From IMG/VR virus record IMGVR_UViG_3300011226_000001, positions 64,001-128,000 of that record: DNA of 64,000 nt. One strand, written 5' to 3'. Source of the stretch: a virus (Duplodnaviria; Caudoviricetes). Positions 10,375 through 19,855 of the stretch are shown here, piece by piece (positions within the stretch are counted from its first letter, which is position 1; every line of letters starts with the position of its first letter). The position numbers and the translations under genes were made by a program. A model generated the notes under the pieces. The model had not been told where the DNA came from, did not search any database, and saw only the letters and a program-made list of their open reading frames with translations.

Positions 10375-10988
10375 TATTCTTCGCCCTCTTCTTCTACATG
10401 AGATTCGTCTTCGTCGTCATATTCGACGTTCTCAGGAATCTCGTCTACATCGTCGCCGCCGTTATCCAGCAGCACCTCACTTGAGGTTGTTATAGCAGGA
10501 GACGTTGCGCCTGTTCTGTCAACTGAGATATCCGCGCGAAGCACAGGCGTGCTGTTTTCCGGTAGACGCACGAAGATCCAATCTGGACTGTCATGCTCTA
10601 CGTACACCCACTGACCAAACTCGTTCCAGATCTCGTTATACACGAGGACGTCATTAATGAGCGTCGGGATCTTAGTGAAGCGTGTATTCTTGAGGTCACG
10701 CAAGGCACCTTCAATCTTACGACGCGACACTTTGATGATGCCACTAGATGCAGCAGTGTGTTCAGCGTGACCGATATCTGCTTTCCACGCTGAGAGGATT
10801 GCGTGTACGAGATTGTACACACGTTCTTCATCGCGCATCTTCGGCGCCGCGTCACGACGAGCAACCCATTCTTTTTTACTCAGATTCGGTTTCTGAGATT
10901 CTCTTTCGTCACGCTCTTTTGCGGACTTAGGTTTAACAGAAGACGGACCACGCGGAGTACGTTTAGCAGCTACTTTAGTATTTGACAT
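10374..10988 (-). CDS. hypothetical protein (basic N-terminus, acidic C-terminus)
   Basis: 204 aa ORF, AAGGA SD. Confidence 0.75.
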   Translation of the reverse strand: MSNTKVAAKRTPRGPSSVKPKSAKERDERESQKPNLSKKEWVARRDAAPKMRDEERVYNLVHAILSAWKADIGHAEHTAASSGIIKVSRRKIEGALRDLKNTRFTKIPTLINDVLVYNEIWNEFGQWVYVEHDSPDWIFVRLPENSTPVLRADISVDRTGATSPAITTSSEVLLDNGGDDVDEIPENVEYDDEDESHVEEEGEE

Positions 10989-10994
10989 ATCAAT

Positions 10995-11192
10995 TTCCTT
11001 TGCGGTTTAGCATGAGAGCACACAAGGCGGAAACCGCGTAAAGCCCGGTGCGCTCAAAGGGTATCGAACCCTTTTTAAAGCAGCCTCACAGGAAGCGACT
11101 TTAAAAAGGACCGTGTGTCCGGGAAAACGAAAAACACACGGTCAAGCATTAACAAAGGCATATAGCAGAGAGAACGTGTCTCACTGTCTATA
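10995..11192 (-). ncRNA. candidate structured 5' leader / small RNA
   Basis: ~200 nt ORF-free stretch after promoter with about five hairpins, including a T-arm-like AAAGGG-TTCGATA-CCCTTT. Confidence 0.4.
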
Positions 11193-11193
11193 T

Positions 11194-11247
11194 AGTATAG
11201 CTTAGGGTGCTATTCTGATACAACCCTCATTTTGTCCAGATTTTTGC
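11194..11247 (-). promoter_or_regulatory. phage early promoter
   Basis: CTGGACAAAAT, TTGTAT, TATACT at the same spacing as the 9819 promoter. Confidence 0.75.
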
Positions 11248-11460
11248 TTAGTAGCCGCTCGACATAAGCAGTCTGATACAGTCTTGTCGGCTGTAGTCGT
11301 CTACGTCGTCGTTTTCGACAAAGACTAGACCATTCTCTAACAGTGCATTGCGTAGGTCGTCGTCTGACCAATCGTCATAACGTGCTTCACGCGCATTATA
11401 ACGTTGTTCTTCGGAGGCAGCTATCTGACCGTTGATTTCGTCTTGCGTCGATCTTCCCAT
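11248..11460 (-). CDS. small acidic protein with HEH-like module
   Basis: TGATG coupling to upstream gene. Confidence 0.6.
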   Translation of the reverse strand: MGRSTQDEINGQIAASEEQRYNAREARYDDWSDDDLRNALLENGLVFVENDDVDDYSRQDCIRLLMSSGY

Positions 11461-11921
11461 CAGTAGCCTCTGCACTCGCACACTTGCTGGTGACAGTTAC
11501 GACAGACGCCATCTTCATCGAGATTCTGCCACCCATTTTCGTCAGTCTGATCGTCATCGTTCAGATTGCCAGGACGTTCTTCCATAGTGTCGAGATCTTC
11601 GTCGTCATGTTCACATTCACAATCTTCGACACGCTGATCACATTCGGGACATGTACCGAAGTCTTCTGGGTCTTCTTCGAAGTCATCGTCAGGGTCAGCA
11701 GCAATTGTCTGGACAGACGCGACCTCAGCTTCAACTTCTGGCGACATTTCGGTCATCAGAGTACGGAACTCGTCGAACGTCAGACCGACTTGACGCAACG
11801 CAGTTTCAATCAAATGCTTGCCCTCGTCTTCGTCATCATGACCAAAGACTTCAACTACACCCGCGAGTGCGCCACCCATGAGAATGACCTGAGCGTCTTT
11901 GCTTACATCGTTAAACTTCAT
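11460..11921 (-). CDS. acidic protein with two Cys clusters (CPEC..CEC, CRNC..CEC)
   Basis: 153 aa ORF, GGAGG SD in hairpin. Confidence 0.75.
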   Translation of the reverse strand: MKFNDVSKDAQVILMGGALAGVVEVFGHDDEDEGKHLIETALRQVGLTFDEFRTLMTEMSPEVEAEVASVQTIAADPDDDFEEDPEDFGTCPECDQRVEDCECEHDDEDLDTMEERPGNLNDDDQTDENGWQNLDEDGVCRNCHQQVCECRGY

Positions 11922-12058
11922 AACAGCCTCCTGTTTGTTTTGGGTTCTTTCTGCAACGCACTAAAGGTACGTTCTAAAAAGGACCCGCACCGTCACGCCT
12001 CTGCGAGGGGCGCCTCGTTGGGGTGAGCATTTCTGGACGGGCGAGCCAAACTGGATTG

Positions 12059-12250
12059 TTAGTGCATATTCGTCAACTTGATTGTGATAACGCGGCCGCG
12101 CTTGGTCGTTTCCACTTCCCGCTTCTTGTATGTGAGACACAGACAATCAAGCGTGAACGTTAAGTCGGGCACTACGTCTTTCTGGCGTTCTTCAATAACA
12201 AGCTCGCCGCGTTGTCTCAACTCTTTGATCATTTCGTTTGTGGTTTTCAT
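12059..12250 (-). CDS. hypothetical protein
   Basis: 63 aa ORF, TAATG coupling. Confidence 0.55.
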   Translation of the reverse strand: MKTTNEMIKELRQRGELVIEERQKDVVPDLTFTLDCLCLTYKKREVETTKRGRVITIKLTNMH

Positions 12251-12936
12251 TAGAAGTATTTGTCCTTCGCATCAGGTGCGAGTGGCAGTTCAATGTCAGA
12301 ATCGACGCCCACTTCAAGGCTATGTACCTCGCTAACTTCTTCGTCTGTCAGCGTCACTGCCCAGTCTTCTGCGCGATACCCCCAACTGCTAATCATCATA
12401 CGGTCAGTAGCAGGGTCGATGGTTTCCAGATCGTGAAACTCGTCGTCGAAGTCTTCATCTTCATCTTCGTCTTCATCGTCCCACTCGTCGTCTTCCATGT
12501 TAGAGTCAGCACACTCGACCACGACTGCTTTAAGCTCACGCACTAGATCAGCAACGATATCACAGTCAATGCGAATCTCGCTAATCATAGGGCCTTCTAC
12601 ATCGAACATGGTGCGAACGTCTACAGGCACAGAGAGACTAACAGCAGCGCCTTGCGCACGTAACATCAGGCACACTGAGTAGTAGTTCATGATTGTGTCC
12701 AGAGACACGAACTTGCGAACGCGATGCACCACCAGATGTTCAACGGTGCGAGTACCATCACGCCACAGCACATCGACTTCTTTCACGTCAGGTGATTTGT
12801 GCGCTTTTTCAAATGCACCATATAACTTGCTTGGCGTGAACTCAGCAAGCAAGTCATCGTCGTACACAAAAGCAAAATGATCAGGATTGACTTTGCTTCG
12901 TTTCAGTAGAGTGTAGTCAGGTTTCATGTTATTCAC
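12250..12936 (-). CDS. hypothetical protein
   Basis: 228 aa ORF with acidic tract. Confidence 0.7.
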   Translation of the reverse strand: MNNMKPDYTLLKRSKVNPDHFAFVYDDDLLAEFTPSKLYGAFEKAHKSPDVKEVDVLWRDGTRTVEHLVVHRVRKFVSLDTIMNYYSVCLMLRAQGAAVSLSVPVDVRTMFDVEGPMISEIRIDCDIVADLVRELKAVVVECADSNMEDDEWDDEDEDEDEDFDDEFHDLETIDPATDRMMISSWGYRAEDWAVTLTDEEVSEVHSLEVGVDSDIELPLAPDAKDKYF

Positions 12937-13390
12937 CTTTAAGGTTCATAGTGTAGTTTTTCTTGCTGTAACGGAAGCAAACTTTATCAACCGTACCAGC
13001 AAGCCCGTCATAACCAATCATGAACAGGCGTCCTGAACAAATCGCTAAGTCCATCAGCGAATGACCTTCTTCGTTCGCTTCGGCGACAGTAAGAATAGCA
13101 TCGCAGATTTCCATCTGCTTTTCTTTGTCGATATCGTTCGCAATGAACTCGCCGCCGTCAGTCGATTCATTCAGGTTGAATGAGATCTTGCATGGCTTGC
13201 TGTTGTGAACGAAACGCATCTCAGGAATCGGGCCACCGAGTTGGTTACACACGGTCAGATACAACCGAAGACCCGCAGCACAAACGTCGATCCATTCAGG
13301 TTTCAGTTCGATAACTTTCTGGACAGCGGCGTCCATCATGCGGTCCTGCAATTCTATATCAGCTAAAGTTGCTTTCGTTTCGTTCAGCAT
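12929..13390 (-). CDS. hypothetical early protein
   Basis: 153 aa ORF following promoter and GAGG-loop SD hairpin. Confidence 0.75.
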   Translation of the reverse strand: MLNETKATLADIELQDRMMDAAVQKVIELKPEWIDVCAAGLRLYLTVCNQLGGPIPEMRFVHNSKPCKISFNLNESTDGGEFIANDIDKEKQMEICDAILTVAEANEEGHSLMDLAICSGRLFMIGYDGLAGTVDKVCFRYSKKNYTMNLKGE

Positions 13391-13443
13391 TTTGTTGTCT
13401 CCTCAGACATAAGTTAAAAAAGCGCAGCACAAGCTACGCTTTT

Positions 13444-13497
13444 AGTATATCACAGGGAGGCATCAGATTGATAGCCTCATTTTGTCCAGATTTTTGC
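13444..13497 (-). promoter_or_regulatory. phage early promoter
   Basis: CTGGACAAAAT box, core 31 nt upstream of TATACT (TGTGA-extended). Confidence 0.75.
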
Positions 13498-13526
13498 TTA
13501 CTTGAGCTATATGCGCTTCGTCCACA

Positions 13527-13949
13527 TCACAGCATATCAGCGGGGATTTCAGTGCCAGTGAACGGGAAGTTTGCTTTCACAGGGAAGACAGTCAACTTGA
13601 ATCCGTTCTCTTCGGCGACACGTTTGATTGTGTGCAGATGATTGAGATAGTCGTGGTCTTCGTAGTGATTCAGCACTTCACTGTCAGCAGACGACGAAAT
13701 GACAAACAGACCGCTAATTGAGATAGCACCGTAGTCTGTCCAGAGAAGTTCAGGACGAGCACACGCTTCCGGGTTCTCACTATGTAGAGCGGTCAGAATA
13801 CGCTGCTGGAGTTTTGCCAGAATAACCACAGTTGCATATTGTGCAGCTTCGCGGTTGGCGTTTGCTGCCTCGCCCCATTTTTGAACCAGCGCGTCATCCA
13901 TAATCAGAGCGATGCGATTTAGTACCAGAATGTTTTGTTCGAATTTCAT
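13527..13949 (-). CDS. hypothetical protein
   Basis: 140 aa ORF. Confidence 0.7.
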   Translation of the reverse strand: MKFEQNILVLNRIALIMDDALVQKWGEAANANREAAQYATVVILAKLQQRILTALHSENPEACARPELLWTDYGAISISGLFVISSSADSEVLNHYEDHDYLNHLHTIKRVAEENGFKLTVFPVKANFPFTGTEIPADML

Positions 13950-13984
13950 TTTTGTTCCCTACAATGTTAGGTGTGATTAGACGA

Positions 13985-15580
13985 TTAACGCAGTGCGTGT
14001 TTAATTAGTTCTTTCAGGTACTCGGCGTCACGAGGATAACGATCACCGTCTTTCATTTTGGTCAGAGCACAAGCAAGAGTCTCTAACTGCACCTGAGGCA
14101 AAGTGTTCAGAGCATTGCTGTTAGCAAAATCTTTCAGGCTGCTGATTACTTTCTTACGGGCGGCCGCTCGTGTGGAAACGACACCGGAACGTAACTTGCC
14201 GCTGTACTGAGACATAGGGATTTTGGCGTAAGACAGGACTTTGCGAATAGCCTCGTAAGCTATATTCGCGTCATCGCATACAGCAGGGAATTTGCGTGGC
14301 TCGCGTTCTGCCTCAACCTCTTCTTCTTCCAAATCTTCTGGCCAGTTAGACCCGCAATAGTCAGCACACAGGTCAACCAACGCTGCGTGATCCATTCGCA
14401 GTAACTTCGTCGTGCTCGCTAACTTAAACAGCTTCGCGTAGTGACGTAACTTGGTGTCGCTCAGGCCACCGAGGAAGGTACGCACTTCTGCGGCTTCTTC
14501 TGACATAGACGTATCTTCGTCTTCGTCTTCTTCTACCTCGTCAACCACATCTGTATCTGTTGCAGCAGCAGACTCAGCTTTCAACAAGACTTTACCTTCT
14601 TCGACAACAAACACACTGCCTGGGCGCTCGACTTCGTTTTTCAGTTCTTGCATCAGACGGCGAATCAGAGACTCTTGGTAGTCTCGCGTTTCGTCATTGA
14701 TATGCAACCAGTTCAGGTCTTTTGCTAAGGCGTAGATACCGTTAACAACAAACTGACCATTGTACTTCACAGCATCGAAGCGCTCTTTGGCGTTTGGCCC
14801 GTAGATGAATGCTTGTGCGACACGACGCAGACCTTCATCCCAATCAGGATTCATGTGGTCAAAGTCGTCCGTATCATCAAGCTCAAAGATGCGGACGATG
14901 TTAGCAAGCTCACTCGCCATCATCTCAATCGTTTTGCCTTTGGCCATGTGACGCTGGCGTAACCACTTACCGTGATCGTCATACAGGTCAGCAGGGAGTT
15001 TATCGTCAGGGTCAACACCGCAAGCGTTGTGCGTGTACTTATATTCTTCATCGTGCTTGCGCTGCCAATCTCGGTGAATCTTGATCAGTTCTTCACGATC
15101 TGCACGTTCGATACGCATAGGCCCGTGACCAAGAGCACACAGCAATTCACGCATATGATTCTCTGACATATCGCGGAACCACGTAAGTTTTTCCACAGTA
15201 CGACCGACAGCTTTCTGGTGAATCTTAATCACAGTTCGTTTATGATCGCTGATTTCGAAACCGTTAATGACGTTAAATCCATCGTGACCGATAACCATCT
15301 CAAGAGGCAACAGCGTGTGACAGGTGGCATTCAGAGAAACTGACCACATCAAATCACCGTTATCCGCAAACTCGAAAGTCTCACAGTTTGACTTGTTCGA
15401 GAACCCCCAGTAAGTAGTGACGCCAGACATACGACCTTCGAAATGGCGGTCATAGATCTCTTTGAGTTGATAACCAGGCAGGGTGAAGTCCAGGCCTTCG
15501 GCATTGTAGAAGTTGTAGAATGGTTGGCCGTGAATCAGAGAGCGAACCATGAGTACGTTCTGGCGCATATCGAATGACAT
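13985..15580 (-). CDS. hypothetical multidomain protein with several HEH-like modules
   Basis: start re-called at MSFDM (AGGAG SD). Confidence 0.75.
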   Translation of the reverse strand: MSFDMRQNVLMVRSLIHGQPFYNFYNAEGLDFTLPGYQLKEIYDRHFEGRMSGVTTYWGFSNKSNCETFEFADNGDLMWSVSLNATCHTLLPLEMVIGHDGFNVINGFEISDHKRTVIKIHQKAVGRTVEKLTWFRDMSENHMRELLCALGHGPMRIERADREELIKIHRDWQRKHDEEYKYTHNACGVDPDDKLPADLYDDHGKWLRQRHMAKGKTIEMMASELANIVRIFELDDTDDFDHMNPDWDEGLRRVAQAFIYGPNAKERFDAVKYNGQFVVNGIYALAKDLNWLHINDETRDYQESLIRRLMQELKNEVERPGSVFVVEEGKVLLKAESAAATDTDVVDEVEEDEDEDTSMSEEAAEVRTFLGGLSDTKLRHYAKLFKLASTTKLLRMDHAALVDLCADYCGSNWPEDLEEEEVEAEREPRKFPAVCDDANIAYEAIRKVLSYAKIPMSQYSGKLRSGVVSTRAAARKKVISSLKDFANSNALNTLPQVQLETLACALTKMKDGDRYPRDAEYLKELIKHALR

Positions 15581-15628
15581 AATGTTTCTCCTGTGCAGCA
15601 CCCGTGAGCGCTGCTACTATTGGGTAGA

Positions 15629-16204
15629 TTAGATTGTGCGGTAGATGGCGTTTTGTGAGTGTACGCGATACACTTTGCTTTTATTGATGAAGCTCTCAAT
15701 CTCGTTGAGCATCGCCAACGTTTCTTCTGCGGTGACAAGCGGATCACCATTCTCTGCAAACACCAACAAGCGACCATCATATACAGTCGCAACCGTAAAC
15801 AGATGAACAGCATTCATGAAGCCCGACATGAAGTCTTCGAAGTCACGCATGAACAACGCAACCTTCTCAGTGTGATTGTACACATTGATCAGGTACTGCG
15901 GGTCGATGTTGCCCATCTGGCGAACATTGCCTTGTTTCTTGAGCAGACTTTCCTTGAGCTTGTCGTGCGTGACCAACACAAACTCTTGAATCATCACCAG
16001 CTTCTTACGAAACTTCAATTTGCCCGGTACCAGACTTGGGTATTTCTCAAGATACTCTTGGGTAAGTACCGGGTCACCGAACGCGGCGAATACTCGCCTG
16101 TCACACTGCGTAATGTGCGCGGCGGGTAAACGGTCATATTCGAGTTGCGTGTACTCTGAGATCTCATGCGCACCGGCAGTATCAAACAAATCAATCTGAT
16201 CCAT
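15629..16204 (-). CDS. hypothetical protein
   Basis: start re-called at MDQID (GGAG SD). Confidence 0.7.
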   Translation of the reverse strand: MDQIDLFDTAGAHEISEYTQLEYDRLPAAHITQCDRRVFAAFGDPVLTQEYLEKYPSLVPGKLKFRKKLVMIQEFVLVTHDKLKESLLKKQGNVRQMGNIDPQYLINVYNHTEKVALFMRDFEDFMSGFMNAVHLFTVATVYDGRLLVFAENGDPLVTAEETLAMLNEIESFINKSKVYRVHSQNAIYRTI

Positions 16205-16205
16205 G

Positions 16206-16514
16206 TTACATCTCCAGTTCAACAATGTCTTCGAGGTCAGCAACAGGCTGGAATGCAACCATCAGACCTTTGTTGCTGCTATACACAGTCGCAACGTGTC
16301 GACCGTACATGTTAATATTCACAGGGTCACGCAGCATTACGTTCAGCATCTTCAACTCGCCCTCAAACAAGTTGCGTCCGTCTGAGGCAAACGACGAAGC
16401 AAGAAACGCATAAGTCGTGGGACCTGAATTGTTTTTCGCCGTTTCGTTCCAGCACTTCTCCAGTGCCTGGCGTACTTTGTTTTCGAGTACATCGTTGTGA
16501 TTCATCTCAGCCAT
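16206..16514 (-). CDS. hypothetical protein
   Basis: 102 aa ORF. Confidence 0.65.
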   Translation of the reverse strand: MAEMNHNDVLENKVRQALEKCWNETAKNNSGPTTYAFLASSFASDGRNLFEGELKMLNVMLRDPVNINMYGRHVATVYSSNKGLMVAFQPVADLEDIVELEM

Positions 16515-16519
16515 GATTT

Positions 16520-16750
16520 TTAGTCTCTCAGTTTACGTGGGCGATACCGTGCGCGTTCTTCTGCTTTACGCAAGCGGCGTTTAATCAATTCATGCGGCGT
16601 CTTCACTTTGGCAATCTTCGCCCGTGCTTTCTGCCGCATCTCTTTTATCTTCATCCAGTTCTTCACGAAGCCAACGATATGTGCAAGGAAAGCCATAGCG
16701 CCAAGCAAGTAGAACAGGACAGCACTCACCTTGTATATATCGTGCATCAT
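16520..16750 (-). CDS. small membrane-anchored basic protein
   Basis: N-terminal hydrophobic segment followed by K/R-rich tail. Confidence 0.65.
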   Translation of the reverse strand: MMHDIYKVSAVLFYLLGAMAFLAHIVGFVKNWMKIKEMRQKARAKIAKVKTPHELIKRRLRKAEERARYRPRKLRD

Positions 16751-16782
16751 GATTAACTCTCTTTGTTAGTGCGTCTACGCAT

Positions 16783-16835
16783 ATTGTAGCATAAACGCAC
16801 TTTAGACAGTACGGCGATTTCAGCCTATTATTTGC
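16783..16835 (-). promoter_or_regulatory. phage early promoter (degenerate upstream box)
   Basis: TATGC-TACAAT with GCAAATAATAGGCTGAAAT at equivalent distance. Confidence 0.6.
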
Positions 16836-17790
16836 GTCTTTCGACTGCTACGCACTTCTCACCGTTGCGCAGATGAAGCGAGTCACCGTCATTGAAATAG
16901 ATGTTGAAGCCAACGCCCATGTCTGTAATGCGCTCGATCAGACGGCGCTTCGTCGTTGCATCTTCTGACGTGTCGATAAACAACACGTCATTCGCTTTCA
17001 ACGCATTTGCGGTGGTAACGTAGAACACAGGGTCATCGCTCACCCACGCCTGCAATTTATCTTCGTGGCCATTGTCGTTGGTCGAAGACAACTCCCAGCC
17101 CATGATTGCTTCGGCTGTCGGCGTATAGATTTCGATAGATAGCAGGAAGTCAATGCGCATTGATGCCCACTGCTCTCGGTCATACTTCAACGTAGAAGTT
17201 TTCGGGCGGCGATTCAGCTCACGGCGAAGCGAAAACATTACATAGTCGATAACATCATCTTGCATACCGTACAGGATATCCGCATCACGGATGCAACGCT
17301 CGATCAGATTCTTCGGCTGGCGGGTGTCCATGTATGGGAATTGAGTGATTTTGATCAACTCAAGAATAATGTCCTGTTGATCGATGATACGCTGATCTTC
17401 GGTATCAGTGAGATACTTCTTGAATGCCTCTTGGGCTACGGCCACGTTCTGCTCGTCGTCAGTTTTACCGAGCGAGTGATTCATGTCGTGGAACATACAC
17501 GCGACTGCCAGAGGTAATGCACCGACGTCATACTGCCATGCTTGCTCTGACTCACGCTCTAACAACCAGAGAGCAATCACTGTTACCTGACGCATGTGCT
17601 CGGTAGAGTGGTAGTGCATCATGGATAGAAGCGCGTCGCCTTCTGGGTCAGGCTTGTTGTTCGCCTTAACGTAGTTCCACGTTTCCATCAGATTCAGTTT
17701 GTTGATACGCAGTGCGAAGTCCATGTTACGATGGTCAGCACTTTTCCACGGGAAGGTAGCAGTCTTAGTCATTGTCATTGTCATTGTCAT
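16828..17790 (-). CDS. HD-domain metal-dependent phosphohydrolase
   Basis: YHSTEH...ACMFHDMNH...IRDADI motifs. Confidence 0.8.
   Translation of the reverse strand: MTMTMTMTKTATFPWKSADHRNMDFALRINKLNLMETWNYVKANNKPDPEGDALLSMMHYHSTEHMRQVTVIALWLLERESEQAWQYDVGALPLAVACMFHDMNHSLGKTDDEQNVAVAQEAFKKYLTDTEDQRIIDQQDIILELIKITQFPYMDTRQPKNLIERCIRDADILYGMQDDVIDYVMFSLRRELNRRPKTSTLKYDREQWASMRIDFLLSIEIYTPTAEAIMGWELSSTNDNGHEDKLQAWVSDDPVFYVTTANALKANDVLFIDTSEDATTKRRLIERITDMGVGFNIYFNDGDSLHLRNGEKCVAVERRK
17767..17790 (-). repeat. (ATGACA)n hexamer tandem repeat at the start codon
   Basis: ATGACAATGACAATGACAATGACT encodes MTMTMTMT. Confidence 0.8.
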
Positions 17791-17850
17791 AGTCTCAAAA
17801 ATTTGCGCAGAAATGAAAAACGGGAAACCAGTTAAGGTCTCCCGTCGAGT

Positions 17851-18537
17851 TTATTGTGCCACTACGTCTAAGCCACGTGCAGGCTTAACGCTACGCAGAC
17901 GAGAGATAAGCTGATTAGCAATCGCTTTAGCTTTCCCACTCGGCTGTAGAGCTTTAGTGAAGTCCAGACTGCCCGAGAACATATTGCTGTCACGCAGCAT
18001 CTCAAACGAGAGCATACGATCATCACGCATGGCCTGTTGTTGTTTTGAAGGACGAACAACCATAGGCAGCACACCGCAGTTGTATGCGTCAAGCATACCA
18101 TCAACAAACTGACCGAGCAGGTACGGCAGAGCATCGTGTACCAGAATCAGTTCGGCGCCTTCGCGCATCAGCAATTCATCAGGCGTTTCACGCATCATTA
18201 CAACGCGGGTCAGTGCCTGATACAGAGAGTCACGCAGTTCTGGTGCTACAACAAGCGCGTGATTCTGAATGCAGAAGATCTCTTCGGTAACTTCGTCCGA
18301 GTTCAACACAGGTACGATGAAAGGTACTGCGTTTTCGTATTGATTAGCAGCAGCAAACGCATCATACAGACGCGCAACGTGCGGATAATCACGAACGATT
18401 ACTTCTGCCAGTGCAGCCACATCACCATCTTTCACGTTGTCGCAGAGCAACACGACGAGCGCATACTCCTGACGTGGCGATAAAGGTTTCAGCAACTGGA
18501 ATTGCATTTTGTACAGTGCGGTGATATTGATGTTCAT
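17851..18537 (-). CDS. hypothetical protein
   Basis: 228 aa ORF, GAGG SD, hairpin terminator downstream. Confidence 0.75.
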   Translation of the reverse strand: MNINITALYKMQFQLLKPLSPRQEYALVVLLCDNVKDGDVAALAEVIVRDYPHVARLYDAFAAANQYENAVPFIVPVLNSDEVTEEIFCIQNHALVVAPELRDSLYQALTRVVMMRETPDELLMREGAELILVHDALPYLLGQFVDGMLDAYNCGVLPMVVRPSKQQQAMRDDRMLSFEMLRDSNMFSGSLDFTKALQPSGKAKAIANQLISRLRSVKPARGLDVVAQ

Positions 18538-18551
18538 TATTATGTCCTCGA

Positions 18552-19229
18552 TTAAGAAGATGGAGTATGCTTGCGGCGATACTCAGTCTGTACTTTAGCT
18601 AAATATTGAGGGGCACGTACCCCTTTCAAATATGCTCCCCAACCAGTGTTGTAACTCTGGATAACGCAAGCGCGTTTCCCACGACACTGCTTGTTTAGTG
18701 ACGCAACAATCTGGGCCGCCTGATCAACATTGACTCGGTAGTCCATAAGTTCCCGTGCAGAACGTCCGTGCATGTTAGGCATGATTTGACATAGACCTGT
18801 AGCACCAGACTTGTTCCTGACCTTTGCACGAAGATGCGACTCGGACACACAGATTGATAGAAGCAGTTTTGCGTCTACATTGTACTTCTCTGCGGCCAAA
18901 TCAATCTGCTTGCCTAAGTCAGACGGATGAGGCAAGTGAGCATAAAGTTGTCGGAGGCGCTCTCTCGTTACATAACGTTTGGGCCTTCGTTCTTCTTTTA
19001 CAGCTACTGCCTTTTCTATCTCCTTGTATTTGGTTGCCACGCGATTGGAGGGATCGAGTGACACGGAAGATGAAAGATCAATGGCGTTGTCAGGGCCTGT
19101 AGACATACTGGCGTTTGCATTGCTCACGATTGCGATGTATACAGCAAACATGATAGCGACACAAAACCATACTGCTACGTTCAGGCGTTTCATTACCTCG
19201 TCGGTACGATTGTTAAGAACAGTTATCAT
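18552..19229 (-). CDS. SLT-domain lytic transglycosylase with N-terminal signal/anchor
   Basis: AAEKYNVDAKLLLSICVSES...GATGLCQIMP...SYNTG motifs; hydrophobic N-terminus. Confidence 0.85.
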   Translation of the reverse strand: MITVLNNRTDEVMKRLNVAVWFCVAIMFAVYIAIVSNANASMSTGPDNAIDLSSSVSLDPSNRVATKYKEIEKAVAVKEERRPKRYVTRERLRQLYAHLPHPSDLGKQIDLAAEKYNVDAKLLLSICVSESHLRAKVRNKSGATGLCQIMPNMHGRSARELMDYRVNVDQAAQIVASLNKQCRGKRACVIQSYNTGWGAYLKGVRAPQYLAKVQTEYRRKHTPSS

Positions 19230-19267
19230 CGGAACATTTCCCCTAGTGTGAAGGCGCTAGGACCTAA

Positions 19268-19582
19268 CTATAAAAGCAGGCCGTAAAGGTTTTTGTACTC
19301 TACTATTCTCCTTTGATGATTGAGAACAAGACAGTCATAGTTGTATGGGTCTATCCAGACAACCGTGTATGCGAGCTTGTTCGATTTCGTATACACTTTG
19401 TAGCCAAAGAGCTTACCCACAAAGAAACGGTCGCGGCGCATTTGAGCCAGACTTGCTTTGCAATACGATTCTAATACTGCGCGATTAGCGTTGGGCTTCC
19501 GGGCGAGAAACGCGAGATAGGCTCGTAAATTCGGCAACGGGCTTGGGCGTTGACTAGGTAGCAGATAAGTTTTCTTTGCCAT
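19268..19582 (-). CDS. hypothetical protein
   Basis: 104 aa ORF. Confidence 0.6.
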   Translation of the reverse strand: MAKKTYLLPSQRPSPLPNLRAYLAFLARKPNANRAVLESYCKASLAQMRRDRFFVGKLFGYKVYTKSNKLAYTVVWIDPYNYDCLVLNHQRRIVEYKNLYGLLL

Positions 19583-19639
19583 AGTGTTATATTACGATAA
19601 TGAGGAGCCCACGTAAGGCTCCTAGTGTGAGTGGCATCA

Positions 19640-19855
19640 CTATACGCGAACTATCCAACAAGGAATGTGGATGAATACGACGAACAGTATGACCTTGACC
19701 ATCTCAAAGAGAAGACCGCTATCGGATATATGTTCGAGTTCTCGGTCGAACGCTTTTCTCAATTGCGTATCGTCTGCAACTTCGAGCAGGTCACGAATGA
19801 ATATGATAACGCCTACAATATAGTAGGCGATAAACAATACCCAGAGATTACTCAC
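19640..19855 (-). CDS. small two-TM membrane protein
   Basis: two hydrophobic segments; GTG start overlapping the dUTPase end. Confidence 0.5.
   Translation of the reverse strand: MSNLWVLFIAYYIVGVIIFIRDLLEVADDTQLRKAFDRELEHISDSGLLFEMVKVILFVVFIHIPCWIVRV

Noticed and set aside
11056-11074. TTCGATA loop considered as part of a tRNA gene
   Set aside because: No acceptor, D or anticodon arms in the proper geometry; no tRNA gene found by eye in the window
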